From assembly GCA_027022365.1 (NCBI GenBank), contig JALVYU010000038.1:1-56951 (forward strand): a DNA stretch of 56,951 bases. Direction: 5' to 3'. The notes beneath the pieces were generated by a model. That model saw nothing but the letters and a program-made list of their open reading frames with translations, searched no databases and was not told the origin of the DNA. Numbering within the stretch: position 1 is the stretch's first letter; each line of letters starts with the position of its first letter. The DNA is from Desulfurococcales archaeon. Its GTDB lineage: Archaea > Thermoproteota > Thermoprotei_A > Sulfolobales > Desulfurococcaceae. The position numbers and the translations under genes are program-made. Positions 1 through 8,959 of the stretch are shown in pieces.

Positions 1-310
1 ATCCTAGAAGGACAACTAGAAGCAATTAGGGCTATCAGGGGGTTCTCACACGCTGAAAACGTCAGATATATAGGATAACTCTTACAGCTATAAGAATTGA
101 CAATGTGCTGAGAATGGTGACTTGGCCCGGCGAAATAGATAGTATGAAATTTCACTGCTACCCGGCACAACCGGGTGCGATGAGGTAATGCTAATAGGGT
201 GTGAACGAGTATATGGGGTACCTCGTACTCGTGGATAGTTATTCAGACCCAACGTATTTGACAAAGTAGTGGAGAAAATGAGAAACATAAGGGGAACAGA
301 GTATAGTTAA
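1..310 (+). pseudogene. Possible degraded gene remnant (fragments in several frames, weakly resembling a COG1237-type MBL-fold hydrolase) or the 3' end of a gene cut by the window edge
   Basis: Frame 1 is open 1-78 (ILEGQLEAIRAIRGFSHAENVRYIG*). Later fragments in different frames (EISLLPGTTGCDEVMLIG, GYLVLVDSYSDP, PNVFDKVVEKMRNIRG) recall the GLVVLVGCSHPG..IVEK segment; weak. Confidence 0.2.
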
Positions 311-327
311 TAGGGCAATACAATATA

Positions 328-1269
328 TCACCTTGATCTTCTAACTAGGTATTTTCTACCCATATATTCTATGATAGCCGCTAATCCGTTTGAGACTAGT
401 TTATCGACAACATCCATACCTACACCATACTTCTCAAGGATCTCGACTACCTGGTCAAGCCTAAGGGGATGCACCGATATTATTGATAAGATCTCTTTCT
501 CAGCGTTACCTAGAGCTATAAAAGAGCCCTCCTCCGGACCTGTCAAGAGATAGACCTTATCACCGATCCTCTCCCTGAACGTTTCATATACATGGAGCAC
601 AGTCTCAGTGCTTGGAGGCTCGATGTACTGCTCGGCGGGTGGTCTGACTGGTACCATGATGTATACCCTGCTCCGCTTGAGGGAAGCTATTGTCTCCGCT
701 AGGAGTTTAGCCTCTATCGCGTAGTCAATATTATTGATTAGCATGGTCTCGGTCAATAGTTCTCCGTTAAAAGTTTCTGAAAATGCTTTCATCCCATTGA
801 TGATCTCTTTGATTGATAGGTTTGGGTGTGGCCTGTTTATGATTCTCCATAGCCGGGGGGTTACAGCGTCGAGTTTAACAGAGACAAGATCAAATACTCC
901 CAGATCACTTCTCACATCATCCATCCATAGAAGACTACCATTACTTATGATCGCTACTCTGAGCCCGGCCTCCTTGATAGCTGAGGCTTCACGACCAACA
1001 TTTATATCTAGGGATGGCTCTCCATTAGGAACGAAGGTGACGTAATCTATTTTCTCGCCCCGCTTCTCGAGCTCATCCACCCTCTTGAGCACCTGGTCTA
1101 TAAGCTGTTCCGGGTCATAGAATCTCCTCCTACGGATCGTTAGATCCTCCGTTCTTCCTGCCTGACAGTAGACACAGTTATAGGTGCAAGTCTTACCTAT
1201 AACATTGTTTACCCCAAGGCTTCTGCCAAGCCTTCTCGATGGAACAGGGCCGAAGACGGGGCTGTTCAT
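328..1269 (-). CDS. Radical SAM protein (COG0731 / wyosine synthase-like family, function unknown)
   Basis: CTYNCVYC CxxxCxxC motif, N-terminal FGPVPSRRLGRSLG and GEP motif; ATGA overlap with the upstream gene. Confidence 0.88.
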   Translation of the reverse strand: MNSPVFGPVPSRRLGRSLGVNNVIGKTCTYNCVYCQAGRTEDLTIRRRRFYDPEQLIDQVLKRVDELEKRGEKIDYVTFVPNGEPSLDINVGREASAIKEAGLRVAIISNGSLLWMDDVRSDLGVFDLVSVKLDAVTPRLWRIINRPHPNLSIKEIINGMKAFSETFNGELLTETMLINNIDYAIEAKLLAETIASLKRSRVYIMVPVRPPAEQYIEPPSTETVLHVYETFRERIGDKVYLLTGPEEGSFIALGNAEKEILSIISVHPLRLDQVVEILEKYGVGMDVVDKLVSNGLAAIIEYMGRKYLVRRSR

Positions 1270-2162
1270 AATATACCGCCACGAGACATCCTGACAACTA
1301 TCGTGCCCTTAGCTCCACCTGCCGCTACTGCTACTGGCCTGCACTTGGGTACGAGGATGAAGGATATAGCCTTAACCGGGATCTTGTTTTTGACGCTGGA
1401 TATGTACTCGAAATGAGCCATCCCCTTAGCTATGATGAGGTCTGACTGTTTAAGCCTGTCCATGAACTCCTCGCTGACCTTGTCGAGGAATATTGACGAG
1501 GAATTCGAGCCTGTAGAAATAAGTTCGTCGGCTACACGATCTATCCCGGCATATATGGCATCATCGATTGTCAAGTCGTTCTGGAATCCCGGCTCCTCCT
1601 TAGCAACGGCTATGACCTTGTTCCCGTACCTCCTAAGAAGATCCATCAGTACTGTGTCGAGAACAGCTTCACTGGCGTTATCAAGTAAGTACATTATAGT
1701 TAAGCCGCCGTTCCTAACTAGGCTATAGAGCTTTTTTGTGTGATCTAGGCTTATCCTCTTCTGAAGAATATCTTCTATACTCAGATGCTCCGGTGCCTCG
1801 TGCTCCATAACGCCTGTGTCGAAGAGATTCCCTAGAGCCGCTATCTTCACCGCCATTCTGAACTCATCGTATCCCTCGAGACCCTCCAGCAACCCCTCGT
1901 ACACAGGTAGCGAGTCCATCGCATGGTTGATCGTTTCGAGCTTTAATTTCTTATAGTACTTTACAACCTCAGGCACTCTCTCGATCAACCAGTTATATAG
2001 TATTGAAGAAGCAATTGTCCCCTCATCAATTCCTCTACGTAGTATCTCGGCGAAATACTCCATCAGCTCTAAGGCTATCCCCCTATCCCTTCTGCCCGAA
2101 CTGATCATCTCCTTGATCCTTACGCCAAGTATACATGGTATACATTCCGGGTAAATCATCAT
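1266..2162 (-). CDS. DUF89/ARMT1-like damage-control metal-dependent phosphatase
   Basis: N-terminal ECIPC, GNLFD, LDNASE (DNAGE-like), QND, IAKGMAHFE and KC motifs. Confidence 0.85.
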   Translation of the reverse strand: MMIYPECIPCILGVRIKEMISSGRRDRGIALELMEYFAEILRRGIDEGTIASSILYNWLIERVPEVVKYYKKLKLETINHAMDSLPVYEGLLEGLEGYDEFRMAVKIAALGNLFDTGVMEHEAPEHLSIEDILQKRISLDHTKKLYSLVRNGGLTIMYLLDNASEAVLDTVLMDLLRRYGNKVIAVAKEEPGFQNDLTIDDAIYAGIDRVADELISTGSNSSSIFLDKVSEEFMDRLKQSDLIIAKGMAHFEYISSVKNKIPVKAISFILVPKCRPVAVAAGGAKGTIVVRMSRGGIL

Positions 2163-2298
2163 ATCAGATATCCTCGAACATACGTATCTCAGTTTTATCT
2201 ATCATGCCGCCCGGTACCTAATTAAAGAAGAGGTGGAAGAGCAAAGAAAATCCTGATTCGATATTCTACTCTATGGCTAAGAACCTCCAGCATAATCT

Positions 2299-3636
2299 TC
2301 ATGATCTAGCATAGCGTTTATCAATATATTTGCCCAGACCCTTATTGGCCACGAGATTTCTCTCTTTGATCACGACTTCGCCATTGACAAGCAGGTGTAG
2401 CGGATACCCGTAAAGCTCCATCTTCTCCCAGGGTGTCCAGTCGACCTTGTGGTGGTGCTCGGAGGCAGATATCTTCCTGGCAACACGTGTTTCGAGCACG
2501 ACTATGTCGGCATCGGCGCCCACGGCGAGTACTCCTTTGCGGGGATATATCCCCATGATCTTAGCCGGGTTCGTGCTGAAGACCTCTACGAACCTCCCGA
2601 AACTGATCCTGCCCTTAAGGACGCCGTAGGTATAGAGGTAAGGCCCCATGATCTCTAGTGTCGGGATACCTCCCCATGCACGCCACACATTCTTCTCCTT
2701 ATCAATCCTGGGGGCGGGCGCGTTGTCGCTAACATAAGCATCTATCGTACCATCAGCTAGTGCATGCCAAAGAGCTTCTCTATCCTCCGCGGTCTTGAGT
2801 GTTGGTGCTAGCTTGAGATACGGGCCGTACTTTGCGGCGTCATCGCGGGTGAAATGTAGGTGGTGGGGACAGACCTCTACTGTTACTTTGACTCCACGGC
2901 TCCTAAGATACCTTATCGCATCCACTCCCTCCCTGCTACTCATATGGCATATGTGTAGAGGGCCTCTGGTCTCCCTAGCATAGTATCCGAGCTTCATGAT
3001 CGCAGCGGCTTCGGCGTTATCGCTCCTGCTCATATGGTAGGCGACAATATCGTCTAGATCCTTATGTTTAGACTCACCGTAATCTATCAGCGCGTCATCC
3101 TCGCTGTGCGCGAGAACCACACCATCAACATCTCTCACCAGCTCCAGTATTCTTACTAGAGCCTTATCACTAGCCATGAATGGCCTGCAGGTGAATACCT
3201 TGAAGCCTTTAACACCTTTCTCGGCGAGCTTGGGTATCATGTTATAGTTGTTCTCGGTCATGAAGCCCGCGTGTATTCCGAAGTTGATATAGGCGTTCTT
3301 TTTCCCCGCCTCTATCTTCTCCTTGAGTATCTTCGGGTTGTCCACGTTGACGCGTAACGGCATGTCGTAGACCGTGGTGATCGAGCCGAAGGCCGCGGCG
3401 AGTGTACCGGATTCCCAGTCCTCATTAATAGTGTACTCTGGATCATAGACGTGTGCATGGATATCTATTCCTCCAGGAATGACTGGCTGGCCATAAGCAT
3501 CCAGTATCATGTCGACGTCCTTGAATTGCTTCTTAGAAATACCCGCGATAACGCCGTCCTCGATGAGGATATTGGCCTCGGTAAAGCCGTCGCCGATCCA
3601 TATTTTGGCATTCCTTATCATTATAGAGCTCGCCAA
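2299..3636 (-). CDS. Cyclic amidohydrolase (dihydroorotase/allantoinase/hydantoinase family)
   Basis: PGGIDIHAH, FKVF, HSED, HICH, EVCPHHL, SDNAP, NPAK and GADADIV motifs; TTG start at 3636 after a GAGGTG SD. Confidence 0.88.
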   Translation of the reverse strand: MASSIMIRNAKIWIGDGFTEANILIEDGVIAGISKKQFKDVDMILDAYGQPVIPGGIDIHAHVYDPEYTINEDWESGTLAAAFGSITTVYDMPLRVNVDNPKILKEKIEAGKKNAYINFGIHAGFMTENNYNMIPKLAEKGVKGFKVFTCRPFMASDKALVRILELVRDVDGVVLAHSEDDALIDYGESKHKDLDDIVAYHMSRSDNAEAAAIMKLGYYARETRGPLHICHMSSREGVDAIRYLRSRGVKVTVEVCPHHLHFTRDDAAKYGPYLKLAPTLKTAEDREALWHALADGTIDAYVSDNAPAPRIDKEKNVWRAWGGIPTLEIMGPYLYTYGVLKGRISFGRFVEVFSTNPAKIMGIYPRKGVLAVGADADIVVLETRVARKISASEHHHKVDWTPWEKMELYGYPLHLLVNGEVVIKERNLVANKGLGKYIDKRYARS

Positions 3637-3719
3637 ATAAGCACACCTCAAAGAATATATTGTCGTTAAAAACAGTTTTAAGAAGAAGTGCTAATCCTTG
3701 GACAAAACGCTTAACGGTA

Positions 3720-4673
3720 TTACCACGGCTCCTTGAAACGCTCTTCAAACCAGGGGCTACCACGTTCATGGTAGCCAAGGCTCTCCCAGAAACCATCCAG
3801 GTACCTATCAAGGAGAAGTATCCTCGAGACCCATTTCACGCTCTTCCATCCATAAAGAGCCGGAACAACAAGTCTTACCGGGCCGCCGTGCTCGGGAGCT
3901 ATTGGCTCTCCATTCATATGAGTTGCGAGGAGTGTCTGTTCGTCAAGCAGGTACGGGAGCGGTATTATGGCTGAATAGCCGTCGAGACCATATACGAGAC
4001 CATATCTTGCCTCTGGCCTAACCCTTGCATTATCCAATACGTGTTTCAGAGGTATGCCTCGCCACTCAATGTCCTTCACGGTCCACCCAGTCACGCAATG
4101 GAGGTCCGCCTTTACTGTTCTCTGCGGGTATTGCTCGAGGTCTTCGGGGCCTAGCTGTAACGGCTTCTCAACAAGGCCCGCTATGATTATGCCCGTGTCG
4201 CTACAGTCGAGGCAGGGCTGCCCCAGTATACGGTATATGATCGGGGAAGATATAGTGTACTGACCCGAAGGCAGTTCTTTCTCGGGTTTAACATAATCGA
4301 TGGGCTCAGTTCTTGGGCTATATAGTTTGGGCTCGGCATTAATCTTATCGGCTAGGGCCTCGGGTATGGTTACTACGGCTATCTCCCCATGCTTTTCCCT
4401 AGAAACTATTCTAAGGGACAAGTAGTGCTCGCCAGCACTCATCCTATACCTGTAGATCAGGTGGGTTGTCCCTATGGGCTCGTTCTCCATGAATACAGGC
4501 GGGGATAACTCTAGGAATTGTTTAATCCACTCCCATATCTTCAACGCTACACGGTGAGCATCCCTGATCGTCTCTACTTCGTCGTCTAGCCTGCATAGAA
4601 CGGTGTAGGCTATATTTTTGGGCTGGAGGGCGGGGGAGCTGTAGATCCTGCAGTCCAACAGGGATGGCCTCAC
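3720..4673 (-). CDS. Sulfite oxidase-family molybdopterin oxidoreductase (YuiH/YedY-like) with an extra ~125-aa N-terminal domain
   Basis: DLHCVTGW (Mo-ligand Cys), EHGGPVRLVVP and YGWKSVKW...GFWESLGYH. Confidence 0.85.
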   Translation of the reverse strand: MRPSLLDCRIYSSPALQPKNIAYTVLCRLDDEVETIRDAHRVALKIWEWIKQFLELSPPVFMENEPIGTTHLIYRYRMSAGEHYLSLRIVSREKHGEIAVVTIPEALADKINAEPKLYSPRTEPIDYVKPEKELPSGQYTISSPIIYRILGQPCLDCSDTGIIIAGLVEKPLQLGPEDLEQYPQRTVKADLHCVTGWTVKDIEWRGIPLKHVLDNARVRPEARYGLVYGLDGYSAIIPLPYLLDEQTLLATHMNGEPIAPEHGGPVRLVVPALYGWKSVKWVSRILLLDRYLDGFWESLGYHERGSPWFEERFKEPW

Positions 4674-5734
4674 ATAACTATTTTCCCAGCCATCATATTG
4701 ATGATTCTATCCATGTAGCTTTTAACCTGCGGCGGTAATCCCTCCATTGCGCCCCTTAGGAATCCTCCTACTATGAGCCTTACCGCCTCCTCCTCTGTAA
4801 GGCCTCGTGTCATCAGGTAGAACAATTGTTCGCCGCCTATTCTCCCTATGCTGGCCTCGTGAGTTAGTGTTGCGTTTTCGACGCTTGTCTCGAGGACTGG
4901 GAGCGTCCTCATCACTCCTTCGCCTAGGACTAGCCCCATACACTCCATGTGGCCCTTGACATTGTCGGCTTGAGCATTCATTTTAAGCTCGTTAATCATG
5001 AAACCGCCATTCTCAACGACTCCTCTTGTCACGATTAAGCCGCTGCTGTTCCTTTCCTTGAGATTGATCACGGCTGTTGACGCCACTCTTGTGCCGCGTG
5101 GAGCTGTAGATGCTTTATGTATCTCTACCCGGGTAGCCTCTCCTGCTTCGACCTCCTCGTAGCTACCTATCGATCGTACAGGCGTTGTCTTGACATAATA
5201 GCTCCTGTAAAGGCTTTTCCTGCCCACACGGGCATAGGTGGCGCTGGAGACATCTATTCCTGGTCTCCAGTTATGGATCATTATGCTCGTGAATCCGGCG
5301 TTGTCGCCGATCTCTATGAGGCTCATAGCCTTATGTGCCCCTGTCGGGACCAAGGCTGCGCATCCCTTTGCAAGCGTTATCTCGGCTCCATCCTCGATCT
5401 TTATTACATTTATTATCCGCTGGTAGAACCCCTTCTCGCCGAGCAGGAAGCAGGCATAGATGGGCGTTTCTATTCTTGTTCCTCGGGGGACGTAAACGAA
5501 GACTCCCGGGGTCTTGGCAGGGTCGAAGATCTTTCTGTCTCCATGACGTGATATTATCTCGTCTATAATGTCCCTGTACTTGTCGACCGCCTGCCTTATA
5601 TCCATTAGGACAACTCCGATCTTAGAGAGGTAGGAAGCATACATCCCTGCCAGGAGCTTCTCGTTCAGTATGCTGGCAACATGCCCCTCCATAACGGGTA
5701 GTCCTGCCCTAGCAATAATCGATTGATCATCCAA
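4670..5734 (-). CDS. SufB/SufD-family Fe-S cluster assembly protein (SmsB-like)
   Basis: Beta-helix pattern, GHMEC, LTHEASIGRI..EQLFYLMTRGLTEEEA. Confidence 0.88.
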   Translation of the reverse strand: MDDQSIIARAGLPVMEGHVASILNEKLLAGMYASYLSKIGVVLMDIRQAVDKYRDIIDEIISRHGDRKIFDPAKTPGVFVYVPRGTRIETPIYACFLLGEKGFYQRIINVIKIEDGAEITLAKGCAALVPTGAHKAMSLIEIGDNAGFTSIMIHNWRPGIDVSSATYARVGRKSLYRSYYVKTTPVRSIGSYEEVEAGEATRVEIHKASTAPRGTRVASTAVINLKERNSSGLIVTRGVVENGGFMINELKMNAQADNVKGHMECMGLVLGEGVMRTLPVLETSVENATLTHEASIGRIGGEQLFYLMTRGLTEEEAVRLIVGGFLRGAMEGLPPQVKSYMDRIINMMAGKIVM

Positions 5735-5842
5735 TGTTCCTGCACCGCGGCGGACAAGTTATTACGGGTCATCGTTATTCTCTAGACATGCTCCCCTTAT
5801 AATGGTAATTATGAAGAAACATGTATCCATGGGATTGATATG

Positions 5843-6788
5843 TATGCCTATGGGTAAGTGCAGGGTATGTGGACGAGAAGCCGAGTACTGGGTGCCATGG
5901 GCTAACGCTTGGTTTTGCCGTGACCACTTCATAGAGTACTATGATAAGCGTGTCCGGAGGGTCTGGGAGAAGTATTTTCCACGTGGCCACCGCAGGGTAT
6001 TGGTAGCTGTCAGCGGTGGGAAAGATAGTGTGGCGCTTCTATATAGTATTTCAAAGCTACTAGGGGATAGCGGGCTACATTACCATGTTCTTTTCATAGA
6101 TTTGGGTATCCCTGGCTATAGCCGGGAATCATTGGGGATTGTTGAGAAGAATGCTGAGCGCCTGGACATAGAGGTGGAAGTGGCCCGGCTCTCTGATTAT
6201 GGTTTCACCATGGAGGATGTATACCGCCTCGTCAAGACGAGGAGGATAAAGAGGCCTATATGCAGTATTTGTGGCATGGTCAAGAGGTACTTAATGAACA
6301 GATACGCCTATGAGCATGGCTACGATCTTGTACTGACAGGCCATAACCTTGACGATATGATCGGCTTCACTCTGTCAAGCATCGTCTCTGGCAGGATAGA
6401 AGACCTGGTCAAGCTCAAGCCCTACGTGAAGGGCTCAGGAAAGCTCGTGGCTAGGGGGAAGCCTATCCTCTTCATGTATGGTGTTGAGAATAGATGGTAT
6501 GTCGAGGCCGTCGATGCAGAGATCGTGGGGGCACAGTGCCCGTTCAGAGCTGGTGAATCATCGATTAATGCTGAGCTTAGAGACGCCGTTCTAGCCGCTG
6601 ACAAGAGACACCCTGGCCTAGCCATATTAATGGCCCGGAATATCGTGGATAAGCTTATACCGAGGATAAAGGCTCCCGAGAAGAAGCTTAGGAGTTGTAG
6701 CGTGTGCGGGTACCCCTCGAGTACCGATCCATGCGGCTTCTGCAGACTCAGAGTAAGAGTCTCCGCACTACTATCCTCCCAAGAATAG
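5843..6788 (+). CDS. ttuA: TtuA/NcsA-family tRNA 2-thiolation PP-loop ATPase
   Basis: SGGKDS, CxxC..CxxH zinc finger, CSIC + CPF Fe-S ligands, GHNLDD, C-terminal CxxC..CxxC. Start approximate (ORF open from 5802). Confidence 0.82.
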
Positions 6789-7670
6789 GATCCCGGCTAC
6801 TATCGCCATGCTCGCCAGGGTCAGCACGAATGTTGTGCTCGCGGTAAACTCGGGTTTCCATCCATAGATTCTTGCGATCACGGTGTTGAATACCGCCGGC
6901 GGCATTATGCTTAGAACCATTATTTCTGCCTGGTAGAGGCTCGGCATAGGAAACACGTGTAGGAGGGCATAGTGGATCAGGGGGGATGCCAGGAATCTCC
7001 AGAACGTTACCGTTAGGAACTGGGGCTTGTAGACAAAGATATACTTCATGGTCAATGGTATCGTGTAGCCGAGTATGAATATTGCTCCGTAGCTTAGCAT
7101 GCTATGTGTTGGGGCGAGTATAGGTGCTAGGTATTGATAGATCGACGGAATGCCGTAGTGGATCAGTATACCGCCGGCGAAACCATAGATTATGGGTAGC
7201 TTCAATATCTTTACAACGAGGTTTTCGCCTCTTCTCCCAATCAGTCCTGGGACGAGTACGTTGAAGATGAAGGTTATGAGAGAGTAGGTTGCGGCAGCAT
7301 CGATGTTCCCGTAGAGGAGCAGGAGCACGGGGAAGCCGAGGAACACGTTGTTCTGAAAGGTACTAATTATTATCGAGCCATAACGTATCTCCGGTTCTCC
7401 CTTCAGGGTCGGGATTTTGAAGAGTACTGCAAAGCTTACGAGTATGTATATGAGGCATGTCAGTGCTATCGATAGATCTGCAACAACTATCCCTCTACGA
7501 GCGAAAATATCGAAGTATACTGCCGGTAGGAGGATATAGTAAATGAACTTATTGAACAAATGAACAGCTTGGTCGACAAGCTTGTACTTGCCGAGAACAC
7601 TGTGCACCAGCATGCCCAGACCCATGAAGCCAAACAGAAATATCATTGTCAGCACTGGCTCCAAGGACAC
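6771..7670 (-). CDS. AEC-family (auxin efflux carrier / malate permease-like) transporter
   Basis: About 10 hydrophobic helices with NNVFLGFP and MPPAV motifs. Confidence 0.8.
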   Translation of the reverse strand: MSLEPVLTMIFLFGFMGLGMLVHSVLGKYKLVDQAVHLFNKFIYYILLPAVYFDIFARRGIVVADLSIALTCLIYILVSFAVLFKIPTLKGEPEIRYGSIIISTFQNNVFLGFPVLLLLYGNIDAAATYSLITFIFNVLVPGLIGRRGENLVVKILKLPIIYGFAGGILIHYGIPSIYQYLAPILAPTHSMLSYGAIFILGYTIPLTMKYIFVYKPQFLTVTFWRFLASPLIHYALLHVFPMPSLYQAEIMVLSIMPPAVFNTVIARIYGWKPEFTASTTFVLTLASMAIVAGILFLGG

Positions 7671-7813
7671 GCCACCATTTCGTTATGACGGTGTTTTATC
7701 ACATAAATACATTACATTAATTGAAAAGCGCAGAATCAATGAAGACTAAGTAAGGAATTATCAAGAAGCAAAAAACCTCATATAAACACGTGATAACAAT
7801 ACGAACTCCCTTA

Positions 7814-7882
7814 TTACTTCTGTTCTTCACCCTCACCTTTCGGCTTCGGTTTTCTACCCTTCTTGCCCTTGCCTCTGGCCAT
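7814..7882 (-). CDS. Unannotated 22-aa basic peptide MARGKGKKGRKPKPKGEGEEQK
   Basis: ATG at 7882 after GAGGGA, purine-rich coding-like codons, tandem TAA TAA stops; ORF can extend in frame to ATG 7918 (34 aa). Confidence 0.55.
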   Translation of the reverse strand: MARGKGKKGRKPKPKGEGEEQK

Positions 7883-7894
7883 GACTGATCCCTC

Positions 7895-7915
7895 GCCGCC
7901 CATTGTTTGGGCGGC
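7895..7915 (-). promoter_or_regulatory. Perfect 8-bp GC hairpin immediately 5' of the small-ORF ribosome binding site
   Basis: GCCGCCCA-AACAA-TGGGCGGC on the minus strand. Confidence 0.5.
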
Positions 7916-8048
7916 CATCTATCTGTGTATGTTTGGTTGGATATTGTTTGTCCTCACACCCGGTGATGATAATTAATAGGCGCTTGTCAATGATGATCAC
8001 GTAGTAGTTGATGAGACAATATCATCGGTAGTGTTTTTAAACCAGGCT

Positions 8049-8756
8049 CTACTGGTTAAAGCCGACGATCTGTTCGAGAGAAAATATTTTGGGGTTGTCG
8101 GGCATCAGTGTCCCATGTAGATCGCTCGTTGATCCGAGAACAGTTGTTATCGCGGTTATACGTGCTTGGAGCCTATAGTGTATGAGCCTATTGAGAGACT
8201 CAACCACTTGTTTATCCGGTTTCTCGACAAGCACGACCGTCCTGCTGCCCTTAGGGAGACACGTTCTTGGAAGATATATCAGCGACGGGTATCCATGCCC
8301 GTCGATGAAGTGATCGACAGCGTAAACCTGTGATCTACAGAGCTTATTGCCTGATGCGACACATAGTTTCTTCTTTAAGAGCCTTGACAACGATATACCT
8401 ATCCCCATGAGCTTCTCTGGGTAAACCACTATTGCGTCGGGCCTCAAGAACTGTAGCTTCTCGTAGAGGAGGAAGCCCGCGAGGTCACAGTATCCTGTCC
8501 GCCAATAACTCCTCCACTCCTCGCCCATCCTAATATACTGTATCATTGACGCCACGGCTTTCTCGATGACCTTCTTACTCCTTATCTTCTCATAGATCTT
8601 CTTCGCGGTCGGCTCCTCAGGAACCATTGATAGGCTGACGTATTTCCAGAGATTATTCTGGGGCACACCAGTCACTGCTTCTAGTTCTCTGAAAGTATAG
8701 ATGTCCTTAAGGGATACTAGGAGGTTAACCAGCATACTCCTTATTCCTTTCTCCAT
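8049..8756 (-). CDS. HTH + degenerate phosphoribosyltransferase-fold protein (PurR/Apt-like, probable regulator)
   Basis: N-terminal HTH (YTFRELEAVTGVPQNNLWKYV) and PRTase-like body (PDAIVV, LPKGSRTVVLVE) lacking the DD..TGGT PRPP loop. Confidence 0.65.
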   Translation of the reverse strand: MEKGIRSMLVNLLVSLKDIYTFRELEAVTGVPQNNLWKYVSLSMVPEEPTAKKIYEKIRSKKVIEKAVASMIQYIRMGEEWRSYWRTGYCDLAGFLLYEKLQFLRPDAIVVYPEKLMGIGISLSRLLKKKLCVASGNKLCRSQVYAVDHFIDGHGYPSLIYLPRTCLPKGSRTVVLVEKPDKQVVESLNRLIHYRLQARITAITTVLGSTSDLHGTLMPDNPKIFSLEQIVGFNQ

Positions 8757-8959
8757 TAAGGATCACTGTATTCAGCCATACTATCACCTTCTACTATGTA
8801 TGATGCTGTTTAAAAACAAGGCATTACCACGTTTATCATCATATAAGCAGAAGAAACCATGAAAACTCACTATCTGTTTTTCTCCGTATATGGTCAACTA
8901 TAATCCTAAATCCCATTAATGATCCGTTAATCGTTGTAGACAATATGGAGTGACATGAT

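Noticed and set aside
7960-8016. GTGATGA...TGATGA...TTGA as a possible plus-strand C/D sRNA
   Set aside because: No convincing D or D' box, AT-rich guides, and it overlaps the likely promoter of the small ORF.
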